A stretch of 33,194 nt of DNA from Clostridia bacterium (GTDB lineage: Bacteria > Bacillota > Clostridia > Christensenellales > CAG-1252). Every line of letters starts with the position of its first letter. Position 1 is the first letter of the stretch. A program made the position numbers and the translations under genes. The notes under the pieces were generated by a model. It was given only the letters and a program-made list of their open reading frames with translations. It was not told the origin of the DNA and ran no database searches. Shown one piece after another: positions 6,101 through 18,200 of this stretch. The stretch spans positions 1 to 33,194 of the forward strand of contig SACC01000001.1 in the NCBI GenBank assembly GCA_009928745.1, written 5' to 3'.

Positions 6101-9100
6101 TTGCCCCACTATTGTTAACCGAGCTTACTTCAAAGAACTTGTTGTTTATATTTGTTCCGTCATAGTTTATTTCGCTGAACGTATAGCTGACTATTTCCAC
6201 CCTTTCGCCGTTGTCTAAGCGATAGTAGTCTTCTTTGTCTGCGCCATAAATTGTAGCGTTAGTAACCTTAGAGCTATAAACAACGCTGTTTTCGAACTTA
6301 ATTAAACTGCTTTCCGAACTCTTAATCAGTCCGTATTGGTCTATATAATAGATGTCCTTATTTAATCCTCCGCCAACAGCGTACTTCATATTAAGTATTC
6401 TTACCTTAATATTTTCGTCGAACTTGTCATTTAGGGTGCCGCCTTTCTTAAGAGGAGCAATATTAATATCCATTGCTTCTTTTGCACAGCTAAGCGTGGA
6501 GCCAATAGTGGCGTTCATACTCTCTGACACTTTAAGTTTTACCGTCACTCTTCTGCCTGTATAAAGGTCGGTTGTCTTAGTGGCATAGTTCGTTGCAGTG
6601 TCATAAATTGTATAATTATCAGCCCCAAGGTTGTAGGTACGGGTATAGTTATCTGCGCCGCTAGTTATAATCCTTACACTTCTGAAGTAAGTAAAGTGAG
6701 CGCTTGTAAAGTCCTCGCTATACATGTTATCGGGTGAATTATATCTTGTATCGTTATTTAATGCGTTACGCATCGTGTAAGGATTGAGAAGCAGCTCATT
6801 GGTTGCCTTGAGTTCGTTGACGCTGTCATTGTACAGCAAGCTGTCAAGGTCAATGAAGTCAACGCCATTGTAGCTGACCTGATATTTTTGTATCGTACGG
6901 TCGCGTACGACAACGCTAATAGGAATAATTTGCAATATTCTTCTGCTTATCTCATTGCCCTCGTTGTCAAGCTCTGCGTCATAAAGCTTAACATAAACTA
7001 CGTTGTTAGTGCTTTCTTTGTCAAAGACTCCGCCGGCAAGGGTCATAGTGCTTGCAAACTGAGTATAATCCCATTCCACGGGCACTTCTTTTTCTCTTAC
7101 GTTACCCTGATAGTCGATGGAAATAACAGCTCCAAGGGTACTGGGAAGGCCGACAAAGCCTTCGAAAGGTTCTATCACCAAATTGTTAAATTCTTTTGTG
7201 TTGACGTTGTAACTGAGCTGTTGATAATTAACTCCGGTCTGTCCTTCCACAACTTTAAGCATATTTACTTGCGCCCTGTTAATATAAACAGTAACTTCAA
7301 GCTCTTGTTTCAGTATGCCTTCTCCTATAGATGCAGTAACCATGTATGTTCCGCCACCTGTGCTGTAGACAATGTTTTCTATGCCTTCCCAAGCGATGGT
7401 ATTTATCTGCGTCAAATCACTTCCGCTGCCGTAAGCTACCCAATAGGTATATGCGTCAAAGTCAACTCTGTTATAGATGTCACCGCTAAGCTCAACAACC
7501 TTTTCTCCGTCCTTAATATACAAGCCGGCAACCTTTCTTGACCACAATGTAACGTCTACTATTTTTTCTGACCTTATATCGAATTCTCCGTAAATACCGT
7601 TAGGAACGCTGACTCCGATATTGAAGGATACTTTGTAGGTTGCCTGTTCGAAGTCATTTTGCGCGTAAGAAATTAGGTCTATGTCGCTTTCGTCAACGCG
7701 TACGGTAACTTCCTTGGTGGTGTATCTTACCTCGCCGTTATTGTTGTAATAGCGTGTATAAACTAGACAGCTCGTATTGTTCGCTATCAACCAGTCGATG
7801 TTTTCCGCGCCGTAAGGATCTAGGTATATATCTTCGCTTATTCCGCTTATAACATTTACTATGGTTTCCTCACCGATAATCAGTTCTAGTTCTCTGTAAA
7901 TATATCCAAAAGTAGCGTCTCCGATTACTGCCGTAGCTCTGGGATTTTGTCCGTTTGTTTTCTTTCCGGTATAATCGTAGGTTTCTATTCCTCTGAAGCT
8001 TACGCTTAAGACCTCACTTTCCGATACTCCGTTCCTTACGCCGGTAACAGTAGCTCTTGTGGGTAGTTTTGCATTAATATCATCATAAGCAGTAGCTATT
8101 TGACTGTTAAAGTTAACTATTTCCCATTGTCCTAATCCGCTATTGAATCTCTCATAAACAATACTGGATATAGAGCTGAACTTTCTGATAGCGGTATTTC
8201 TTAATACTACCGAAATAACCTGTCTGTTATTGAACTTCGTTCCGAAGGTAATACTGCTGTTTACCGTAGCCTTACTATAGAATTCGCTATTGTTGGATAA
8301 ATCAATAACTCCCTTAAGCGAGCCCGTTGTTCCGTCAACGTATCTTACCGAGAATATTATGTTTTGCTCGTCACCTAATTTGATTACCGCGGGGTCTATA
8401 GCTAGTCTGATACTTCCTTCAATATTTTCGATAGGTATGTTCTGTCCGTCGCTCGTTGCGCTTTCTATAGAGCTAATAACGGTGTTTTTCTGAATATTTG
8501 TGACAAGATACGACCCGTTGTTGTATTTTACCACTTTGGTTAAATCAATTATTATCCATCTGCTCCACCTGTTTCCAGCCTGAGTAATAGAGTCATAGTT
8601 TTTACTTCTTACAAGCACCTTAATCGAGTGGGCTCCGCTATTAGGTAAGTTATGATAGCTTATTCCGTCATCGGTATAATCGTTGTTTCCGTTGGTATCA
8701 TAAACATATTCCCAACGTACTTTCCTAAACTCGGTACCGTCATAATTCTCGCTGATTGTATCCAGTTCCCAAATGGCGTTATTAAAGTTTTCTCTGCTTC
8801 CAACCTCATCGCTGGCTATGCCGAAACGGGTTCCTGCTGTAGTGCCGTCTTCGATTACCAAGCCGAAGTTGTACTCTCTGGTGTTTACCTTATCGTCGTT
8901 ATAGTACAGTCTGAGCAAATTGTCTATGGTAGCTTCGTTATAGGTGTTTATAGATATTTGCGCATTGTAGTTGAGGTAAAGTTCTCTTATATTTACCTGT
9001 TTTACTTGAATTACCACACCTCTTATCAGCTGGTCGCCGAATAAATCATCTTTTAGCAGTACTTCAGCATAAAGAATGGTGCCGTTATAGCTCAGATTAT

Positions 9101-12100
9101 CGTTAATATGCTCTAAATCAACCTTCCAAATAATTTGTGTTTTCTTCAAATCAAGTACCGTCTTGTTGTAGCTCTCTCCGGTAATAGGATCTACTATGAT
9201 TTCTATCTTCTCAACACCGTCAAAGCCAACATTGATATAGCTGCCCAAATCTTCCATAGTAATTTCGCTTAGGTCGCTGCCCGATACGCTCTTGGATTCC
9301 ACACTCTTGGCAACTCTTCTTTCCACCGACCTATTAATACTTAAGCTCTTACGGGAATAATCGTTATACCATTTTTCCCAAGTATAAGCTTGCAAAGACG
9401 TATTAGAAGCGCCGAAATGTTCTGTCCTCATTTCCTCTAATACTTCATTTAGAGCATCAACGGAAATTTTATTGTTGCTTTGGTTAATATTGCTGTTGTC
9501 TGCAATCAACTTTTCATAAGCTAATGATTTCGCTGCGGTATAACTTAATGTTGTGTAAGACAGCTTAGCTTCCAAAAGCACTGTATCCAAATAAAGGGTT
9601 GTGTTGTTGTTGTAGGTATCGTTTGCGGCATCACTGTATTTTTCATACCAAGCGTCCCAAGCTCTTGCCTTGTTGTTCTCTTTTTCATTAAGAATAGCCG
9701 AAAGTTCTAGTTTTTCAAACTTAGTAAGCTTTTCGTATATAGAATCGTAAGCTTTTTCCTTAGCGTTATTTAGAGAATATCTTAAAGATAAGTTACTTAA
9801 CATAATTTCCGTCAAAATCAAGTCCATATCTAATTTGCTGTAGCCGTTTTGTCCGATTGAAGCATAGATCGTGGCGTCTTGATTTTGATTGTAACTCATA
9901 TAAGGAATACTATAGCTAAAACCACTGCCCATTATCGCTACCACGCCGTTTGCCTCTAACTTGCCTGTCGCTTCGTTGTAGCTTACGTATGTCTTATTGG
10001 CTTGGGTATATTGTCCCAAAACAGCTTTTTCAAAGTATCCGCTGGTATATACTACATAAATTTCTTCGCTTAAGCCAAGTCTCTTCATGTAGCTGTCGTT
10101 GATAGTGTCAATGGGACTTAAATCACTGCCTGTGTCGTAAGGAGTAATTAGCTTATTGTTTTCAATATATATCTTTGTTTCTCCGTCATAGAAATAGCTT
10201 GCTCCGCTTTGAATATCACTGGAAAGTATTTTGACTAGTATCTTTACTGTCTGAACGAAACCTGTTCCGTCGGTAATATCATAGCTTATTGCATAATCTT
10301 CTGCCTTTGTGCTCAAGCTCTTGTAATCTCTTAGCGTTTTACCGTTTAATTTAAGAAGTTTTAAGCTGCCCTCGATTATCTCCCAATTTTGTACTACATC
10401 TCCGCATTTGACGGTAACACTGTCAAATGAAGTTATCTCCGTTACTGTAGTTAGCGGATTGTTGTTATAAAGAGGATTGATGGTAAGTACGCCGTGATAA
10501 CCACTTGGAACGGTTGCATCGTTTACTATTCCGCCTACTGTGTTTTCCACTTCGCTTTCCACCTTGACAAGCTCATAATTCTTAACGGTAAGCGGTATCT
10601 TGACGTCGGTAAATTCGGTGTTGGAAGATAGCTCATTACCCTCGCTGTCATAGCCAAACGAACGGAAGCTCAAATCAATATACGGCTGCTCGTCGGCAAA
10701 CGGGCTGTTGTATTTTAGACTGGTAAAGCGCCTTATGGAATTAACCGTCTGATAATCCAAACTCCACTTCAAATCGTTGAATATATAGGTCTTTTCTCTT
10801 ACGTTGCCTTCGTTATCTGTATTGGAATAATTATAGTTAAACACAAGCGGAAGTGACGCTAAAAATTCTTCGGCATCAAAATCTCTCGGATTGATTACTA
10901 TACTGCTTATATCGGATATTATTTGCGCCTTAGCTTGGTCAACGTCAATTACGAAAGGCTCAATTATTACCTTAACCGTGGAGCATATCGCATTGCCTAT
11001 ATAGCCTTGTAAATAAACTGTTTCGCCATTGGTCCCTTGCGCGCTCGTGCCTAACGCGTCAATGTTCCAGGTTATTTTCATACCCTGAGTACCTTTAGAA
11101 CTGCCGTCGGTAAATGTAGCGAAGTATCTGTTAGGCAAAGCGTCTATTATTGATATAGAGGAATCGTTATTCCTTCTTACTCCCAAATAGCCGTCCGAAT
11201 ATGCCCATGTGCCGCCCTCTACGGTAAAGTCAGTAAGGTCAAACGGATCATGGAACACTATTTTGGTAGGCAGTGTACGGATTTCTTTGGTCCAAACAGC
11301 ATTGACCGGCTCCAAAGAAATATGCCAGAACTCGCCGTTAAAGGTGGTATCTGCCACTTGACGAATATCCATTCCGTTAAGGTCAATATCTACTTCTTGA
11401 TAAATATCCTCTTTGGGATTATTGTTGACATCGTAGATAAATACCCTTGAATAAATAACTTTTTCTCCGGTCAGCGGATGCAAATAATAGGTGTCGCTAA
11501 TGGCATAGGACTTATAGTTAGATGTAGCCATAAACTGTTCCATAAAGACCTTTGCAACAGTATCTTCAACTCCCGCAGACACAATTGTTTTTGTTTCGAT
11601 GTCGCAGCTCTTAATTTCATAAGTTGCGGTGGCATCTGTCTTATAGGTATATGACCTCTTTGTTACGTCGTCGGACTCTATTCTTTCCTCGAAATACATT
11701 CTTTCTATTGTTTCGCTGTTAGAATTGGTTATCATCTCATAAGTCTGTCCGGTGGTCTTTGTTGTTTCATACTCGGGCAAGCCTAATTCCTGACGATTAT
11801 CCGAAACATTGTGATAGTATAGCTGAACGCCCCTGTCTCGATAATCATCGGGGTCTTCATCGGCTTCCAATCCCGTCATATTTATAGTATACGCGTTCTC
11901 TTTCACCACGGAATAGAATGAACCGACTCTGCCGTTCTTCTGCCAATAAGCATAATCCCAATCACCTTGCATCATTGCGTTGTAAGAAGGCATTTCGTTT
12001 TCTTCGCGCAAGGCTATTTTTTCACTGTTCTTGCTAAAGCTGGACCCGTTAATAAACAAACTTATTCTGTCAATATATCCGCCTTCGGAATCGCTGTTAA

Positions 12101-12200
12101 GGGTTATCTTTGCATATACGCTTAAATCATAGGTTCTTGCTTCGCGGTAAAGCGTTCTGCTATAGGTTGTACCGTCTTCCAAAGTTACCGTAGCCGTTGA
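3126..12200 (-). other. Giant ORF region IV (aa ~7000-10019): array of diverged Ig-like beta-sandwich repeats, one ~170-aa helical insert, and a distinct C-terminal end
   Basis: Repeated domain-end signature: W/F...Y.GG.G.y.v.a.IG......Q...v.V.V..R.I. Examples: KITWNIDALGTSAQGTNGETVYLQGYIGNAICSTVKVIIEPFVI (~10950-11100), IAWEGIENIVYSTGGGTYMVTASIGEGILKQELEVTVYINRA (~7270-7400), KINYGGGAGKLVASFGSAEEGLYAGIQTYSIPIVYVNRTI (~5940-6075), MFWRYSGGSGEVEVSIGSGNAYQKMVYPVKILSRKV (~5510-5625). Domain starts often read LP..(a/v).V, as in LPNRYFATF, LPTRATVTG and LPSTLGAVISI. This resembles Big-type bacterial Ig-like domains. The helical insert is at ~9290-9800. Confidence 0.5.
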
Positions 12201-15200
12201 TGATAAAGTTTGGTCAGTTAGTAAGTCTTGATAAGGCTTCAGCGGACTGGACGGTAAATCCATGGTAGAGAATATATTATAGCTTACCTGGAAAGGCAGT
12301 ACATGAGCAATCAGCAAGGAAGCCTCTTCAAGAACGGCGCCCACCTGCTCGCCTACAGTCTTAAGCAGACCGCCAATCAAAGGAATAATGGATAAGGTCG
12401 TAGGACTATAAACCAACAAGGCAATAAGGTCGTTTACGCCTATTCTTTCTCCCAAAATATCTACAGCTATATTTTTGAGATTAGACAGCGCGAATTCCTG
12501 CAATAAATAATGCACAAGCCCTGCGCCTTCTTTAGCAAGAGCGCTTTGAGCCGCTTGCATATAAGCTCCCTTTTCCTGATAAATATAATTATATATCTTT
12601 ATATCGTCTTCTTCGTTATATCTGCCGCGATAGCGTTTTACAAACTTGTCAAGCAATTCGCCCTCGCCCTTTTCTGCTAACTCCTCGTCGGTGTACTGGG
12701 TAAGGTCAAAATCTTCCTCTTCGGTATATGCTCCCAAACTTATATCGGATGCCGACACAGTTTGTCCCATAGTTACTCCGGTTATACCCAACATTCCAAA
12801 GAACATATTCTGAACAGAAAGTAACAAATTGGTTATCATATTGGAGTCTATCCAAGCTTCAATATAGGTATAAGTGTTATATCTATCGGCAATATGGCTG
12901 CCTTCATAGACTAAATTGCTGGTGTCATCCAAATAAGAGTAGTCATATTGCTGTTCGCCGTTGTCGCCGTCGTCATGAGGCTCGCTGTCTATTATGTCCG
13001 CACCCAAACGAATACGGAGTTTTTGTATCATAGAGGCGCTTTCAGTTACTGTTTCCGACCAATGCTTTGGACGTTTGGTAAGATTTATCTCTACGTTGTA
13101 ACTTGCTGTTCTGTCGTCAGAAACGCTCACTATCTCGGCTATTCCCATTGTCGATGTAGTATGGGAAGCATCTAAGCTATCGCCGATAACGGTACCGCCC
13201 TCGGTCAAATTAAAGTTCTGATAAACTTTGGAACGCAATTTGAATATATAGTTGCCGCCCACTAAGAATTCAGGCGCAGTGAAGCTGAATTTACCTGCCT
13301 CGTCTACGTTTATACTATAGTTTTCCGGTTCCAAATCGTAGAAATCCGTCACTCCTATTGTATGTTCGTTTAGTGAAATCCAAAATTCAAAATCACTGGA
13401 AGACGGTACGACATATTCTCCAATCTCGCTGTCATAATAACGTACGTAGCCAATAAAAGTAACGCTTGTAACTTCTACTTTGCTGAATATTACATCTATT
13501 TGAAGTGTGCTTCCATCGCTTGCTGAGGCTATATAGGTGTCAAGTAAATTAATATCTATACTTACTCTGCTGCCTCCGATTGTATAAACAAATCCTTCAA
13601 ACTTATAGCCCGATAGCTTGCCAAGCATAGAGTGATAAGATTTTGCCAAATTCGTATAATAATCTCTCAAATCGGTATATTCGTCAACGGTAACAGAATA
13701 GTCGCCTTTAGTTGCCGTTGTCAAACTGCTTACCGCACGGGTTAGTCCGCCGTCTATAATAATACTAGCTCCGCCGAAAGCCGATAGATTGGTAATCTCA
13801 CTCATGCTCTGGTCGGGATTTATCATATAGTAGGTCTTTCCGCTTAATGTGATTGTTTTCTTTCTTTCTACATTTGCCTTAGCCAAAACCTGCGAGCAAT
13901 TAATAGCCGCGCTTGTTTCTTTGGGTACAATCAAGAGGTCATTTTCCGAATAGGAGGTATAGCCTTCTTTATAGATAGTTACCGTGCTTCTGTCATTAAG
14001 AGCGTAATAGAAGGCGCCAACTTTTCTATAAATTATATTATTGTAAACAAAGCCCGCTTCCGCTTCTGGATCAACGTCATAATTGTTATTGAGATATTTT
14101 TCCACGCGGGAAACTTCTTGCTTTCCAGTAATATGGTCGGTTATGGGTAATTCTAAGAAGTAATAATAACCGTCCTTATCTGTAGTCGCCTTATTAACAA
14201 TTCCGCTGCCAGAGGTTATTTCAACAGTGGCTCCCTCAACCGGGGCTCCGTCGGTATCCTTAATTATTCCGTAGAATCTGCCTGTTTCTCCCGCCGTGTC
14301 GGTATCAGGGAACATGGTGTCCGGGAAGATAACAATCGTGGCAATTGCAATACCCTTACTGATAAAGCCTTCGATATCTCCTTGTAAGAAGCTCTTAACG
14401 TCTAGGTTAATTCCCAAAATACTGATGGAAATGGACATTCCTAAAGTGATAACCAAGGTATGATTTTCCACATGAACGGATATATCCCCTTGCTTATAAG
14501 AAGGAGTTTTAATAGCCGCGTCTATTACGTTATCCATAGACTTGTTAATCTCTAATTTACCACGCGCATAGCGATTCCTGAAGAATTTGGCTTCGTTGGT
14601 ATCGTCCTCAAATATAGCAGTTGCTCCGCTGCGCAAATTGGATATAAGTTTATAGCCGGTCTGTATTATTTGCCACCAGCCAACTGGGTTGCCCATAGCC
14701 GCCGTAGCGATATTAGAAACTATCTGCGCTATTTTTATCAATTTTACTATTTGAATAATGCCTTGAGCTACAGATTCTGCTCCGTCATAGCCGTCATCCT
14801 CATCCGCATAGTTATTAGGTCCGGTTTTGTGAACAGCCGGATACTTAGTAAATACGTCCTTTCTTGTCCAATAATCAGTACGCTTTTCTACATACAAAGT
14901 AAGGTCATCTAGGAAAATGCCGTCAAGTACGCTGTTTACAAGGTTTGCCATGTTCATGGAAATTCCGCCCGAGCTTAAAATGAGTCCATTTACTCCGCCG
15001 TAATCATTTAGACTTTCGGGTAAGGAAATAATATCTGTAAGCTCCTTATCACGGCCGCCTGCGGCTTCTCCCACGCCGTCATTAATCTTAATCTTTAATC
15101 CTTTTTCGGGAATAGACAAGCCGAGTCTATTACCTTGAGAGTCTACCTTTACGCTTAAGCTTAGGTTGTTAAGTCCCTCATAAGTATTCATGCTTATACT

Positions 15201-18200
15201 TATTTTTTCGAAAGCGGGTATATCCATACCAAGCAGAAGCTTAAATACTCCTGCGCTTGGATTAATTGTTATTCCCTTATTGCCCAGTAATATATTAACT
15301 ATCGCCGCGCTCTTTTTGCCGCCATCTGTAGATGTGTTATCGCTACCTGTGCCGCCTATGCCTACCGCCTGAGACAAAGATGTCAACTCTTTGTTATATT
15401 CGTCATCGGTCATGGGGAATTCTTCTCTTATTTCCGAAAGTCCCTCTGAAATAATATCAATAACTTCTTGGTCGCTCATCTTGCCAAATCTACCAGACAA
15501 GTTGTCGCTAATAAGAGAAGCTCTAAGCTCGGCTAGTCTTGATTCCTTTGTTATCTCTTCCTCATAACTTATCTTTCTATGAGAAACAAGTTGCAAAGTT
15601 TTGCCTTCAGCGGTGTCAAAGTTGAGCATTTCGGTCAGTAGGGCGCTGACATCTATACCGTTTGCCCCTGAGAATTCCGAAACAATATCAATTCCGCCCA
15701 GAAGCTTGCTTAAAATGCTGCCTAGGTCAATACCGTTAAGTGAGGTTTTGAATAATCCTAAAGTGCTTAGGTCAACGTATACCGTCTTGTTTACATAATA
15801 AACAGCAAGCATAATATCGTCGTTGTAGTATACTTCCAACACCAATATAGAATTGTTGTAATTAACCAAATCTATTGCTAAGTCGAAGTTAAGAGTAAAC
15901 GTCATCATGGTGTCTTGCATATCAAAGTTAACGGTATCTTCTTCAAGCTCAAGCAGTTTTTCGAGGAATTCCTCCAAATCTTCCACCACTTCGCTCTTCG
16001 TGCCGTCAGGCTTAAGGGTTTGCAAGGTAATATCCAGTTGCAAACTTAGATGCAAGTTCTTTATTTGGTCTATACTGGTGCATTCTTCGGCATCATAATC
16101 ATTTACTATAGTCATATCTACAACCGAAGATAAGTTGTTTTTCTTGACCAGGTGAGAATAGCTCTTTCTGATATTATAACGGATTGAGAACTGTTTGCTT
16201 TCGTCCATAACAAGCTGAATACCGGACACTTCGGAAACTCCGTCACCGTCACTATCCACACGGCCTATCTTCAAATAGCTGAACATAGGCAGATTCAAAA
16301 TAGCGGCTGGCAAGGTGCCTTTCTTCAATATCTCTTCCCTTTCTTCATCGGTTAGAGGACCGTTCTCTTCCTCGGCTTTCTCTAGCGCGCTTCTGGTTAG
16401 TATGGTATCTAAGTTTCCAAGCAGCGCCATTAACAAGCCGCCGGTTATTGCTATGCTTACTTCGTCATAATCATAAATAAACAGAAGCATATTTTGTCCG
16501 AACTCCATATCGGCTATGGTGTTATATCTCTGCGCTCTCTCTTCTGCCTCGCTTATATCGTTGGATATGCTTGAAGCATTTTGAGGCTCAATTACCTCAT
16601 CTTGTTCGGGCGCAAAACCACTTGCCAAATCAGACAAAAGCCCTTTCACAATACTGCCTAAATCCACGCCTGATAGGCTTAATAGTGAATATCCTAATCC
16701 GCGCAAATCAATATATACCGTTCCGCCTCCGGCCGTTCCGATAAAAGTAATGCTTAGTATTCTCTTTGTAACATTGCCGTTTCCGTCGCCATAGCCTATA
16801 TCCAGCTCCAGTCTCATATTGCTGATATCGCTAAAATCAATGTAAGTGCGAAGAGCAAAAGTAAGCTCTATGTTAAGGCTGTCTTCACTGCTAAGTATAT
16901 TTAGACCTAGACCTCTTATTATGCTGTTGGATAACTGTGACATATTAAGTATGGTGTTAAAGTCGTCATTAACCAGCAATGAGCTGTTGACCTCGGCAAC
17001 CCATACGTAATCGGCAATATCCTGATAGTTGGCAAACTTCGTATAAATAGCCTCTCCAAAGAAATTGCTCTTTTGTCCGAAGCTGATATTGACATTGCTT
17101 ATGCTGAAAGAGTAGTTTATTTTGGAATCGTTGATAACATTATCGTTTGTATCCTTGATAGAAGCGTCTACCGGCACAGTAATACTTAGGCTGTTATTAA
17201 TTAAATCAATTTCCAGCTGAATATTTCCGAATTCGTCAAAGTTGAAGTTGAAGAACGAGGACATTATAGCCTGAATTATTGCAGAAGAAAATTTAATACC
17301 CAAAGAGCCTTTGCCGAAAGTAATACTTTCTACAATTTTACCCCAGTCAAGGTTGGAGAACATACTTTCTTCCTCTTCCGGCTGTCCGCCCTCATTCTCG
17401 TCCTCGGCATATAACAACTGACTGTACAGATAAGAACTGTAGCTTGCTCCGTCTATTTCATAAACTGTATCAGACTTCAGTATGTCAAAGAACAATTGAA
17501 CGAAGTTAATACCCAAGAAGTCATAGCCTGTCTTAGGGGTAAGCATAAGTTTGTCATGCTCGGATTCTCCGCAGTCGAAGTAGAATTTCGGGTCAAGTAT
17601 TCCTTCTCCCTCGCCGTCATGGTTGAGCAGTCCTCCCACAAAATAGATATTGGCGAAGTTTTCCCCGCTTAAATTATACATTCTTATGCTAAAATCAAAG
17701 GCTTCTTGCTCTATGTCAATATCCAGCGCAATGTCAATTCTGATAAGCCCTTTTGCATTTCGTAAAAATCTTAATTGGAAATAAGTATCCATTTCTTGAA
17801 CGTCGAATAATTTGCTCCAGTCAAGTATGGTTTTTAATACGTCGCTTTCCAAATAGATGCTAAGCGATGCGGTAACGCGCGCGCCGATTATTTCCCTAAG
17901 AACACTTATTAAATCAGCGCCCTCTTCGATATCGGTACCTAATTCATAGAGGTCGTCAAAGAAGCCGTTGTCATAATCGCCCTTGATTCCGTTAAATAAC
18001 GCATTGAAGGTATCAATATTGGTGCTTATCAAAGTATCGTTCAGCAAGGTCAAATTGACGTCATAGCCGACGGTTTCGCTGTCTTCAGGGGAGTTCTTGT
18101 GTAAATTAAGGTTTAGTGAGAAGTCGTCACTGTAGTCTATGCCCAAATAACCCGTGGTCATAATAAGGTTAAGCAGGTCCTTCATATCGCCGGTCAGACT

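Noticed and set aside
14640-14790. GIIQIVKLIKIAQIVSNIATAAMGNPVGWWQII as a transmembrane helix
   Set aside because: It contains two Lys and several polar residues in an amphipathic pattern. It is more likely a surface or interfacial helix, so it is kept only as part of the junction observation.
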